Positions 40,919-54,064 are shown, counted from the first letter of the stretch. The stretch: DNA of 64,000 nt from Octopus vulgaris (GCA_951406725.2 OX597826.1:7564001-7628000), one strand, 5' to 3'. Translations and numbers: made by a program. The notes: generated from the sequence alone by a model not told the origin.

Positions 40919-41623
40919 CCGTAAATTCTTGAGTATAGTCCACTAAACCTAAACCTTGTGTATAATACGCACCCTGTCTCTAACTTGAGTCAAGGAGGTT
41001 TATATAATGTCCTTGGTTTGTATCTACGACGATTTCATCTCAATCGAAAGAGAGGGGCTTTCTCCGTCTGGGTTGCGGATCCTTGGAATAAGCTGCCGAT
41101 CGAGATAGTGAAGATGCCGATGACCGCTCGGTTCAAAGTCTCCCTTGACCACAAGTGGCCTGAACTCTTTGTATGACCACTGTCCCTGTACATAACTCCC
41201 TGTCCCCCTACATGGCCATGCTTTTGCTTCTTGAGCCAATAAAAATTGAATTGAATGAATAATAATGTATACGGTAAGATCCTTTATTATTATTGTACAT
41301 TTAACATAATGCAAACGTGTAGCTTTTTTGTGTATTTTGTTTGCAGAAAATAAAGAAATAACAGTAATAACGTTTAATAAATGTTGCTTACTGCAAGTTA
41401 TGGGTGATCCTTTTATGACTTCATTGCTTTCAGGCTTAGTTTAAGATATTTTCCCGCCCGACATCACAAAATGCGTCTGGATAAACATTGCCGGACAGGA
41501 AATAGAAACTCGGACATTGCTTAGAAAATATTTTTCATTTTTAACCTCGTATATAGTATGCACTAAGGATTTTGTCCTTTAAATTTTCGGGGGAAAATGC
41601 GGATTATACTCGGGGATTTACGG
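40919..41623. mobile_element. pogo/Tigger-like MITE containing a LINE insertion
   Basis: Imperfect TIRs CCGTAAATTCTTGAGTATAGTCC and GGATTATACTCGGGGATTTACGG, with TA on both sides. Confidence 0.8.
41011..41261 (+). mobile_element. 5'-truncated CR1-group LINE 3' end
   Basis: LRRFHLNRKRGAFSVWVADPWNKLPIEIVKMPMTARFKVSLD matches 'R..FFS.RV...WN.LP..VV......FK..LD'. A stop, short UTR, AATAAA and (TTGAA/TGAA) tail follow. Candidate TSD ATAATGT at 41004-41010 and 41262-41268. Confidence 0.85.
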
Positions 41624-41887
41624 TATAGTTACATCTGGAACACCTTTATTCATATTTCTGTTCGGTCATGGCTGAAAACAACAAAAATTAACGGAGTGTT
41701 AAACTCTTTAATTGGTGATGTATTATAAATCCAAACTAAAAAAATATATAATAGAAAATAGTGAATAAATATGAGAAAGAACTTTGTTATATTTCTCATT
41801 GAAGTGAAGGCAAATAAATACATCCAGATATTGCTTTTAAATTTCTAACTCAGCAAAGATTTATCTCCCTTACAGATTACCGAAATA

Positions 41888-42287
41888 TTCTTTCCTACTC
41901 TAGGACAAGGTCCGAAATTTTTGAGGAGGGGAGCCAGTCGATTAGATCGACCCCAGTACACAACTGGTACTTAATTTGTCGACACCGAAAGGATGAAAGG
42001 CAAAGTCGACCTCGGCGGAATTTGAACTGGGAACGTAAAGACAAACGAAATACCTATTTCTTTACTACTCACAAGGGGCTAAACACAGAGGGGACAAACA
42101 AGGGCAGACAAACGGATTAAGTCGATTATATCGACTCCAGTGCGCAACTGGTACTTATTTAATCGGCCCCGAAAGGATGAAAGTCAAATTCGACCTCGGC
42201 GGAATTTGAACTCAGAATGTAACGGCAGACGAAATACGGCTACGCATTTCGCCCGACGTGCTAACGTTTCTGCCAGCTCGCCGCCTT
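41888..42287 (-). mobile_element. Dimeric SINE family C
   Basis: Arranged as head-body-tail1, then body-tail2. TSD AGATTACCGAAATA / AGATTGCCGAGATA at 41874-41887 and 42288-42301. Confidence 0.92.
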
Positions 42288-42894
42288 AGATTGCCGAGAT
42301 ACTGTAATAGCATGGCGGTTTTCTTCCCTGCTACTAATGCATTTATGTACAAATATTATGATTAGAAACTACTCTAAGCGATCGAGCAAATAAGAGACGA
42401 CATTTGTTACCTGGAAAGTAGATTTGTGCAGGTAGCTTTCATCGTAAGTATTCAATTCCAATTGTTAATTAGCATCATAGAACAAAATTGTTAAAAACAG
42501 CGTTCTGGCATAATTATTAGAGCATCAGAACCACTAACAAGCAGCATCTCTTCCGAATGTCTACGTTCTGATTCCATTTGCCATTGAGCTTAACAGTATT
42601 TTTTTTCGTTTTGAGGTCGATAAGTTATGTAGCGTGGTCGATGGGATCGAATAGATTCTCCCTTCAAAGACCGCTAAATCTCTTCCTAAATTCTTTTCAA
42701 CTACGAGGCCTAAAATTTAGTGGGAGGGGTCTAGTCGATTGCATCGACAGCAGTGTACCTATTTCATTGAACCCGATTGAATGAAAGGAAAAGTTGACCT
42801 CGATGGAAGTTGAAGTTAATACGTGAAGACGGATAAAAGGCTGTTAAGTATTTTGTCCGCCATCCTAAGGATTCTACCGGCTTGCTGCCTTAAC

Positions 42895-43285
42895 CCCAAA
42901 GTCCATCCCCTCCTCACCTTGGTGGGGACGATAGCAACGGGTAGTGTCAGAGCTATGCCGTCGGGAACTCCGGTTCCTGTCAGGGCCACCCAAGGCGAAT
43001 TGGTCTGACACCGTGTGGTATTAGGGCCACAATCTAGCAGACGGGGCCCTGGTGAAAATCCTCAGAGTGTCCGTTTCGGCAACCCGAGGCTCCTCGGTCA
43101 TTCTGTCCCTGCGTCTGCGGACAATCTGCGGCAAATAGGATGTCTCTACATGCGGGATTGTTGGGGACCGCTTGTGAAATCCACATATTCCAACGAAACT
43201 TCTGCCACTGCCATGGTTCGAGAAGCCTCGAGGGTGGTGAAAGAAGCCGACTCAACCCGCCCAGGGTGAATGTCGCCACAACTAC
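42895..43285 (+). mobile_element. GC-rich fragment resembling the 5' UTR of RTE (BovB/Expander-type) LINEs
   Basis: GAGCTATGCCG...AGGGCCACCCAAG...GGTC resembles the BovB/Expander 5' motif as recalled. Not verified by alignment. Confidence 0.55.
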
Positions 43286-44244
43286 AAGTAAGTTAACCCT
43301 CTCCCTAAATTGGCTTCAAAGTTTGGTACAAGGTACATTACGAACAATATTTTAATAATTGTTATATTATCTTTGGTTTCAATTTGGCTATTGTTGTCTT
43401 CTGTATTGAATAACTTAATTCTGAATCTAATTTTTTGGTATAAACGGTATCAAACCAAATGCCCTGGAGATGGATGGATTCGGCGAAGTTACAGAAAATT
43501 TTAATATTGCATTCTCTAAAGTGAACTTTGGATATCAAATTTTAATGGTTTTTCTAACAAAAAATATATCATATTGTTATTGCAAAACGATGATTTATCG
43601 ATGACAGTTTAGAAATAAATGAATATTTTGAAAGCCATTCCGATAGCTCGCAGTTTTGAATTTGTATCATGTGAATGCGAATTGTCCTCCGCAATAATCT
43701 GTAAAATAATGCAAAGAATGATAAGTTCGACATTATACTGTTCGATGTATGCGTGATTATCATAATTCAATGCGAAAGAGTAATGAGATCTTAACAAAGG
43801 AATCTTTAGTTTGTACCACTTTCCCCGGTACCATGCTGGGTTTCATGTCCATAGTTAAACAACTTGTTCAGGTAACTCAAGCCGCAGTGTCAGTATTTGT
43901 TTCTATCTAAATCGATTCCCCGAGTGGTATGTACATGCGATATAAGATTATTTAGATTTGACCCAAGCGCTACGAGTTCTAGTAGGACTACGATACTGAA
44001 GGGAGTTTTCAAGGTCCTTCCTTAGGCCCTGATACAGGAAAACACAGACATAACATGAGCATATTCTCAAATATATTGCTATATATATTTCGGCAGAATG
44101 TACCGGAAAATGAAGTGGATTTATTCTTCACGTTATCCTACAAATTACGAGATCTAATAACGTTTTTCTAACTAAATCGTTAATAAATGTTGTTGTTGTT
44201 ACCTCTGCTGCGGTTGCTGCTATAGTTTTACACAAGTTACTTTT

Positions 44245-44327
44245 GACTGAACAGATCTTAGATTCCGGACTGAACAGATCTTAGATTCCGGAATAGATCT
44301 TAGATTCCGGAATAGATCTTAGATTCC
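44245..44327. repeat. Short tandem minisatellite, 2 x 23 bp then 2 x 19 bp (core AGATCTTAGATTCC)
   Basis: Seen directly. Confidence 0.92.
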
Positions 44328-45087
44328 CAGACTACTCTTCATTCATAGAATAGAAAAAGATTGGAAAAGGGCTTTTGCTGCTATCTCTCGTAGTTTGAGC
44401 AACCGTACAGTCTCCTACTCGTTTGAGGTTTCAATGAATATGAGATTTTTACGAGATAAGCTTTCAATTGAACCACTTCAAAATAGTAGTCTCTTTTATC
44501 GCTTATAACTGTCCAAAGAATTTTCAACTGGAAATATTTTGGAGAGCATTACCATCATATACTCTTCCCCATTTTTCTAGAATATTTGTTGTAGCGTTTA
44601 GTGTCTAAACAAGAACACGATTTTGTAATCTTCTTGTAATCTAATGTAACAGAAGATTGGCAGACCCGCTAGGTAAATGTGCTAAAGGGAATTGCATTGG
44701 CTTCGTTGAAATCAATATCGATTCACAGACACATCGTGATAAAAGATGACAACCTCTTACTGTACAGAGTTTTCAGCGATTCTCTAATCTAATTTTCGGC
44801 GATCGGTGGGCTTCACGGAAGAAAAAAATATATACAACAAAGATTTTCCCAATGTAAAATATATGAAGCCAAAGAAATGAAACTTGCTAGGATATAATAG
44901 CCGGTTCGGACAGGATTCGAACTCAGAATTTGGAGCATATAAACTAACTTCTCTAAGGTATTTAGCTTGCAGGTCTAAAAGCTTTGAAATGTGAAACAAA
45001 GATACTAACCTGTGGAAAGTATTTAACTTGGAGGTCTGAAATCTCTATTTGAATTGAAAAATTATGCCAGGTTTATCACGGTTTGGT

Positions 45088-45320
45088 GGAGGCACGTGAC
45101 TTTGTAATTACCGTGCTGCAGTAATGGTAGTAAGATTGTGGTTTCGATTCCTGAACCGATGTGTATTTGAGCAAAACACATCGTTTCACATCGTGTGCGC
45201 AAGTCCACTCCTCTGTCAAAAATAAGTTATCATGCACCGCACTGGCATCTCGTCCAGGAGGGGATATATGCGTCACAGAATCCGGCTAACTGGTCTTATG
45301 AGACTACGTTACGAAAAAAC
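45088..45320 (+). mobile_element. SINE family E, degenerate
   Basis: Reads GTAAGATTGTGGTTTCGATTCCTG...GAGCAAAACAC, as in 58803. Confidence 0.75.
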
Positions 45321-45417
45321 GTTTGATCCTCGATATAATAGAGTATGATTTAGGCACAAGTCAGTAATTTTGAGGGAATGGGAGTTCGTCGGTGTCATTC
45401 ACATCCAGTATTTTATT

Positions 45418-45718
45418 CTTTGTTCCTTCTCGAGCCACGCCTGGCTCATTAGGGTCGGTTTCTCGGTTTCCTTATCGTATAGGTTCCCCACCTGGACGGG
45501 ACGCCGATCCGTGACAGGTGAGCTGCAAGAAGCAGGAGAAAAGAGTGAGAGAAAGTTGTGGCGAAAGAGTCAGCAGAAGTTCGCCATTACCTTCTGCCGG
45601 AGCCGCATGGAGCTTAGGTGTTTCACTCATAAACACACATATCGCCCGGTCTGAGATTCGAACCCGCGATCGCTCGACCGCGATTCTGCTGCTCTAACCA
45701 CTAGGCCATATGCCTCCA
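45418..45718 (-). mobile_element. SINE family B
   Basis: Full length. TSD CAGTATTTTATT / CAGTACTTTATT at 45406-45417 and 45719-45730. Confidence 0.93.
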
Positions 45719-46870
45719 CAGTACTTTATTGACTGAAACCGGTACTGAGATGTTTTTTATAAAATTATTTTAGCATTTTGTATCTTGACTTTTTTCCATA
45801 TATATATATACAATTTAGATAATAAGTGTAAAAAATTAATGTTAATTAGATTAATATCAATTTAAACCAGCGACTTAGCATATTGAAAAAAATCTGACGA
45901 TTCATAAAATTATATTACATACTTATAAGAGGACTGACTACTAGGTGGACTCCTAATATGCTAAATGTAGACCCTATTTAGTTTGACCATTAAGAAAAAT
46001 TGTTGTCAAGAATATTCGGCGAACGCCAGTACTTAAAGCGAGCAAGACAAATGAAAAGATACAAAATATACTGATTATAAGGTGCAATGCACTCATAGTT
46101 GAGTGCTGGTATATCATATACATACATACATACATGCATACATGCATACATACATACATACATACATACATACATACATAAATACACACATACATACATA
46201 CACACATACATACATACATACATACACACATACACATATACGTACATACATGCATACATACATACATACATACATACATACATACATACACACATACATA
46301 CATACATACATACACATACATACATACATACAAACATACATACATACACACATACACACATACATACATACATACATACATACATGCATGCATACATACA
46401 TACATATATACATACATACATACATACATACATCCATACATACATACATACGTGCATGCAATCTGAAGAATTTAAACTTCCCAAAACCAGAAAGAAGAAA
46501 ACTGATTCAAAGAATGCAGATCCAAGCCTTCACTAAAACTGTAAAAATCTGTAAAAATTTCCAGCATTTATCCATTTAAGCATATATGAGCATGTCTAGA
46601 TATGCAATTATAAGGATGGGAATTCATACATGAAACAAAACATAGGAATTTGCACATATACTTAAATATCTACATACATACAAAAATTCCCTGTTATTCA
46701 AATTCCAATGACGGAGCCTTGCATCTAGGTTAGAAACCGGTTCTTTCTGTATTGGGAAACAATCTTGAGATAAAACCGAATAAAGACATATATACATACA
46801 TATATGCGCGCGTGCGTCTGTGCGTATACGTAAGCAGAGTGTGGGAGTGAATGATTTATGTAGAATTTCA

Positions 46871-47301
46871 GGATCTTTTCGGTTTGAACGGCAGTTTTTT
46901 AACATAATTTCTAGGTAACTAAAAAATTTTAAACTTCATACACTGGTAGAATGTGTTTATAAAACATCTTTTTCTCTTGGCTTTCTTGAGAAAATTCTAT
47001 AGTTGGTAAGATACTTGTTTTTTTCTTCAATTTCTGCAATTTCAACCAATCACTGATGTCTATTGAGGTAAAAAAAACATTCTGTGCCGTATAAATATGT
47101 CCCTCGTTTAAGAAACAGAGTGGGTTTATTTACATTTGTGAAGAAAAAAAGATACCCTTTCCCCCACCCGTAACCCTAACTGTAACTAACCCTAACCCTA
47201 AAACAGATTGAAATGCAATAGATCGATACTAGGGTCATAATTATGGGTGACAATTTCATATGACACCGCTAGAAAAAACTGCCGTTCAAACCGCAAGGAT
47301 C
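46871..47301. mobile_element. TIR MITE with internal (TAACCC)n, possibly Mutator-like
   Basis: TIRs of about 30 bp: GGATCTTTTCGGTTTGAACGGCAGTTTTT and AAAAACTGCCGTTCAAACCGCAAGGATC. Flanks AGAATTTCA / AGAAATTCA are a candidate 9-bp TSD. Confidence 0.88.
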
Positions 47302-48634
47302 AGAAATTCATAAACCTATATCACTCTCCTTTACATGTTGCCTGCTCTTTTCCCTCCACCTTTCTGTTTCCATTTCCGTCTGCATATCTCTAATGTATCT
47401 CTGCTGACATTGTAAGGTATTTCTTATACACGCTGTTACTCAACACGAATTTGTAACAGATAAATTCCTATATTCCTATATTCCCGCGTAGTTAAATCGA
47501 ATTCTGAATATTGATCAGAATTGAACTTCATACATTTGCATCCATCCACCTTCTTAAAGATATATATTCTTACAAACTCGCACATTTATTCTAACGTATA
47601 CAGTCATTTCCATACACAAGGATGATTTAATTCTTTTTAGAAGGGCATGAACATCACATCGTCTCATTGACAACATCAATAAATTTATAGCTTTGCAGTT
47701 ACGTTAGAAATCAATAATAATATAAAACGGGAGAATTGTAATGTTGGCAATTGTGAGCTTTTGAACAATAAAAGTGTAGGGAATCAACCACTAATGCAAT
47801 ACTTTGGGTTGGCTCTTTAGCATGAAGCAACGTTGATGTTTAATCTTGGACGAAGAGAAACACTGAGGAATTGATGCATGGATAAATGATTTTTAGTCTC
47901 TCGTGGTTAAATCAATTCTACTACAACAGAACGAGTGAATGAAGAAGCGAGATAGACCAATACTTGAGGACAGCAGTTTAGAAGTTAATTTTGAAAGCCA
48001 GAATCATCTAGATTGATTGAGAGATTATTGAACACGTATCAGATTCTATGGATGTACGATACAAAATAGATGAGGCATTTATGAACATTTGATATTGTAT
48101 AGGCATATTTTTAGTTTCATCTACGCAAGCAGCTGCAGTTAATAAGGAACTGCGTTTATAACTTTTAAGAGGCCAAGGTTTGTATAGTATGAAATAAAGA
48201 GCAGTTTTATTGATTCGTAGATTAGCAGTGCCATATATATTTGTTCCGTAATGCCCAAAGGCAAGAAGATACAAGTGTGCGAGTACGTGTGTGCTTGTGT
48301 GTGTTTGTGTGTATCTATATATATATATCTGTGTGTATGTTTGTGCGTGCGTGTATTTGACTGGTAACATTGAAACGTTAAAGTTTGATATAATCATTCA
48401 GAAGCGATTGAGGAATACTTGCAATTCGATCTAATCAGTCAGACACTCTACTTTAAATCGATCGAGTGTCGACAAGCAAAAGATAGTCTTCCCATGTTCA
48501 GAGCACTCGGTACGGTTTCGCTAACGAATTAAAGCAATTTCTTTTCGGATTTCCTTTAATAAATTTGAAGAAAGCAAGAGAGCACATAGTTAGTCTAACC
48601 ATGAAATAAATCTATTGCATCTAGTAAAGACGAA

Positions 48635-49055
48635 GGACCTTTTCGGTTTGAACGGCAGTTTTTAACATAATTTCTAGGTAACTAAACATTTAAAAACTTA
48701 GTATACTGGTAGAATTTGTTTATAAAACTTCTTTTTCTCTTGGCTTTATTGAGAAAATTCTATAGTTTGTAAGATATTTGTTGGTTTTTTTTCTTCAATT
48801 TCTGCAATTTCAATCAATCACTGACGTCTATTGAGTTAAAAAACATTCTGTGCCGCATGAATATTCCCTCGTTTAAGAAACACATTGGGTTTATTTACAT
48901 TTGTGAAGAAAAAAAGATACCCTTCCCCCACCCCTAACCCAACCCTAACCCTAAAAGAGATTGAAATGCAATAGATCGATTCGAGGGTCATAATTATGAG
49001 TGACAATTTCATATTACACCGCTAGAAAAAACTGCCGTTCAAACCGAAAAGATCC
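48635..49055. mobile_element. Second copy of the TAACCC-containing MITE
   Basis: Collinear, high-identity match to 46871-47301 in the same orientation. No TSD evident. Confidence 0.9.
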
Positions 49056-49526
49056 TGTGATAACCGTTTAAATTAATTGTTATAATATTTAAATAACGAC
49101 GAAAGAGAAAATGCATTATGCATAAGAATGATACGTTTCTATATTCCATTCCTTTCTGGCCCCTAAATGTACTACTTTTACATATCTCAGGCAAAATACT
49201 TTTACGTCACTGCTTTTCCTATCATATTGCCGTTTTTCGTGGGTTTTTTTTTTACCTTTTTTTTTCTATCCTGGGATGTTTTGACGACACGATTACGAAT
49301 TATATGTTGTCGCAAAATATGTTCTCTTTCAAATAAGTCCTTTTATTAGCTGCAGGTAAGTTCTGACTAATGTATAATGTATGCTGCTTTAAACAACTTA
49401 ACTATATGCATACCGGAACAAAAAAAAACTGACTCTATATTTACCTTATATATAGTGTCATTTATTTTCTTTGACGCACTCAAACACGATTTTATGAAGG
49501 TTTCTATATCATTGCTATGACGGCCA

Positions 49527-49925
49527 ACTACGTTCTGAATTCAAATTCCACCGAGGTCGACTTTGCTTTTCGTCCTTTCGGGGTGGATAATTTAAGTACC
49601 AGTTACGCCCTGGGATCAATATATGTTTCTTTACTACCCACAAGGGGCTAAACACAGAGGGAACAAACAAGGACAGACAAAGGGGATTAAGTCGATTACA
49701 TCGACCCCAGTGCGTAACTGGTACTTAATTTATCGACCCCGAAAGGATGAAAGGCAAAGTTTACCTCGGCGGAATTTGAACTCGGAACGTAACGACAGGC
49801 GAAATACAACTACGCATTTCGCCCGGCGTAGTAACGTTTCTGCCAGCTCGCCGCCTGGAATCAATATAATCGACTAGTCCCCTTCGTTAAAAGTTTTCAA
49901 GGCCTTGTGCCTAGAGTAGAAATAA
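49527..49925 (+). mobile_element. SINE family C (tail2 form), interrupted by an antisense C copy
   Basis: The body at 49527-49623 resumes at 49855-49925. Confidence 0.85.
49624..49854 (-). mobile_element. SINE family C, nested in antisense
   Basis: Full reverse copy. TSD CTGGGATCAATATA / CTGGAATCAATATA at 49610-49623 and 49855-49868. Confidence 0.9.
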
Positions 49926-50282
49926 TTATTGCATTGATGACAACACACAGCTTACAAGAACCTTGGTCGCCTAGCAAGTGATATTTATAGAAACACTTCA
50001 CAGTTCTGAATTACGTGCCTATTCACTGAGGTATCATATATAATATTATGGCTACAACAAACAATACTTAGGTTCTTGTTCCTATATTGAAGAGTGGAAA
50101 ACTTCTAAATTTACAGCAGGAAAACCGTTCACATTATATAATTACTGCGCAAACGTTGTTGCAGTAATATAATTTTTAATTTTTCAATTAAAAATATTTA
50201 ATAACTTCTTTTAGAATTCAGTTAAATTTTTTATGGTAGCACGGAATATATTTAGTTACTACACCAATATGATTATAAAAAT

Positions 50283-50284
<2 letters not shown>

Positions 50285-50320
<36 letters not shown>

Positions 50321-50357
50321 ATAGATATATAAATATAGATAGATATAGATATATAAT

Positions 50358-50421
<64 letters not shown>

Positions 50422-50485
50422 ATATATATATATAAATATAGATAGATATAGATATATATATACCAATATATATATATATATATAA

Positions 50486-50535
<50 letters not shown>

Positions 50536-50700
50536 ATAGATATATATAAATATAGATAGATATAGATATAGCTACTGAATACCTCAATATATATATTATA
50601 TATATATAAAGATATATATATATAAATATAGATAGATATAGATATATGCTATATACTTTCAATATATATATATATTATATTATATGAAGATATATATACT
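50285..50700. repeat. Higher-order TA/GATA repeat, four units of about 100 bp
   Basis: AAAGAT...TATAAATATAGATAGATATAGATATA recurs near 50317, 50418, 50532 and 50608. Confidence 0.85.
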
Positions 50701-50827
50701 ATTTATTAAAATTTTGTATTGATTAAGTCTTTCCTTGTTTGTTTTGAGTGGTTTTGTCCTAATAATATTTATAATATTTACTATAAAATGATTTTTTCCT
50801 GTAAATTTGGATTTATTCCCTAATATT

Positions 50828-50873
<46 letters not shown>

Positions 50874-51344
50874 GTGAGTAGTGCATGTATATATATACAT
50901 ATATATATATATGTATATATATATGTATATATATGTATGTATGTATACATATATAAATATATATATACACTTATATATATACATTCGAGTAGATCCGTAT
51001 GTAATAGTGATCATGTATTGTGAGCTTCTTAAATAGAAAAGAAAACGGTGAAAGAAACGAAAATGTTGAAAAGAAAATGTAAGATAAAGGACATACAAGT
51101 TCTATAGATATTCCATCTCGCTCTTACGATGTCTGCGGAGTTTTTCTATAGGTACGTCTTAATTTGTTAACGAAACGAGATCCCCCCAACCTATAGAATT
51201 AAATTAATTATAAATTACAAGCTTTTTAAAGAAAATATATCAGATTCTAAATGGAAATGAAAATACTTATGAAAAGGAAACGTATGGAATGTCACAATTC
51301 TACGTTACGTCTTCTGGAATTGTAACAGGCTTTGACATTAAAGA

Positions 51345-51728
51345 TTTCATGCTGGAACAACGCTTTCACTCGAGCAAATCGACCCCAGGACTTATTCTTT
51401 GTAAGCCTAGTACTTATTCTATCGGTCACTTTTGCTGAACCGCTAAGTTACTGGGACGTAAACACACCAGAATCGGTTGTCAGGCGATGTTGGGGGAACA
51501 AATACAGACACACAAACACACCCACCCACATATATATATATATATACATACATAAATATATACGAATGGCTTCTTTCAGTTTCCGTCTACCAAATCCACT
51601 TTCATGGCTTTGGTCGGTCCGAGGCTATAGTAGAAGACACTTGACCAAGGTGCCACGCAGTGTGAATGAACCCGGAACCATGTGGTTGGTAAGCAAGTTA
51701 CTTACCACATACCCAATCCTGCGCCTAT
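51345..51728 (-). mobile_element. SINE family A
   Basis: Aligns to the other A copies. Confidence 0.9.
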
Positions 51729-53134
51729 TCTAATTAATATTTCAATATGTTGTTTAGAAAATCCGTGATTTTTCATGATGCGATGGACCCAGAATGCTTT
51801 TCATTTTGTATAATTTGATACTTTATATAAATATCGCCTTTGGCGTATGATATATCGTTAATTTTTCAATAATCATTATTAATGATAAGTTTCTAGCCCG
51901 TTCTTTATTGTAATACTCTAAAACCATGCTTATAATGTTGAAATCATTTTTTGAATTGGCTCTCGATTATATCAATATTATCAATGTCATTTTAATTATT
52001 GATTTGTGTGCGAGTGGCACATTTACAGTTTCGATGCCCATGCTAAGTTGCCTCTATTCCGATTTTGATTTTCGTGCTGTTTTTATAATTCCTATAAGTT
52101 ACAATGTTGGTGAAGTCAGTGTATATGAAGTAGCTTATTTTAACTGTATTCCTATCGAATACTTTCCTCAAAAATGTAAATATTTTCATACAACATGGAA
52201 AAATGTTTAACATAATTTTGTATTTGCATTCATGAAAAATGGGGAATTCTTCTGTATATAATAAGTTTTCAAATATATGTCGAATGTTTATAAATATAAC
52301 TCCAAAACTATCGGTTTCTTTTGTCGCACCGCTAAGTTAAAACACCGAAAGTAAAGCGGTGGTTGAAGACAAACACATACAGCTATAAACATATATACGA
52401 TGAGTTTCTTTCAGTTTCTGTCAAACAAACCCATTCACAAAGCGTTTGTCGCCCAGGATTAAGTAGAAGTGGGACTGAACCCGAAACCATGTGGTTGAGA
52501 AGTAAACTTCTTACCAATTTCCGATATAGATTTTAATAGATGTTTGGGTGGAGAATATTATCGATGTAACAGTTAAGCGTTTCCGAAATATATTCCAAAG
52601 TACGAGTTATGAATATTTCAGAGTATGAGGAATGAAGGTAAGTTCCTTGACTAAATCTGCTTTTTTTTCCGAATAAAAATGCAGGGAACATAAAAATGAA
52701 AGTGAGTTTTGTCATAATGATCTGCTTGTACCGGAAGCTTTTATTTATCCTGAGCCAAATTGGATTCTTTTTCGGACAGCTTTTAGTTCAAATCTGAATT
52801 CGCAGATTCTAAAAATTATACCTATTTTCATTTAAAACGTTGTACGCGAACATATTTATATTATGATAGGAATCTGGCGAAGCAATTCCTAAAGTGAAAA
52901 TATACGATATCTGGAAGAATATCAAAGCTCGCAATAGACAGAGGCTGAAGACTTACCGCTCAGGCATGTGACGACGTTATTTGAGAGTAGCAAAATATTT
53001 GAAATGAAATACATCTCGTGTTTATAAGAGCAAATACTAAAGCGAGTTAACCTCTCACCCTTATGTGTATTTGGTTGTTATTTTACGACGGATACTACAT
53101 TGTTTGGCCTATCAACACTGTATATATATTGAGT

Positions 53135-53180
<46 letters not shown>

Positions 53181-53435
53181 TATCTCTCTCTCTCTCTGTA
53201 TATATATATAAGTATATATATATATAAATATATATTATATACATATATATATATATATGTATGTATGTATGCATGTATGTATATACGTAGATAAATACAT
53301 GTATTTGTACTTGAATTTTTAAAGAATATTTTGACGTACGTATTGTGTCCTAATATATGCTAATTTTAGTTGTTAATTTTGAACGCATTCTTCTTATATA
53401 TTTATGTATATATACATACATACATATATATATAC

Positions 53436-53520
<85 letters not shown>

Positions 53521-54064
53521 TAGATAGATATAGATAGATATATATACATGTGTGTGTATTTGTGTATTTGTGTGGTTCTGTGCTTGCACACACACACGCA
53601 CTCACATGCTTTCAATTCACACACGGCCCGCTATACTTATGGGTTATGCGAATATCTCGTTTTCTTTGCCAATTCCTTTATCAAATATTCACCTTCCTTA
53701 CATTGCTTTGTTTCATTTCAACACAGCAACAACAAAAACAAAACAAATGAAACACATAAAGGAAAATGAAAAGAAATAAAAATAAACAATAAGTATAACA
53801 ACAACAGCAAAAATACACCAAACAAACGAAAAACAACCAAAGGTACAAACAAATAACAAATAAAAATAATAAAAACCAAAGAATAGCAAGAACCATATGT
53901 TATCCAGCATGAACGTTTTGAAAAGTTGTCAAGAATAATTCTACTTCAGCGCTTCTTTTCATTATAATATTATATCTACGTGGACAATGTCTTTATTTTT
54001 TTTTCTATCATTTATCTATGCGTATTTGTGTTTATATTTTCGTATTTCTCGTTGTGTAGCCGTG

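Noticed and set aside
44245-44327. CRISPR-like direct repeats
   Set aside because: No unique spacers, eukaryotic context, and no cas genes.
47160-47200. Telomere or chromosome-fusion relic
   Set aside because: Only a few TAACCC units, and they are internal to a multi-copy MITE.
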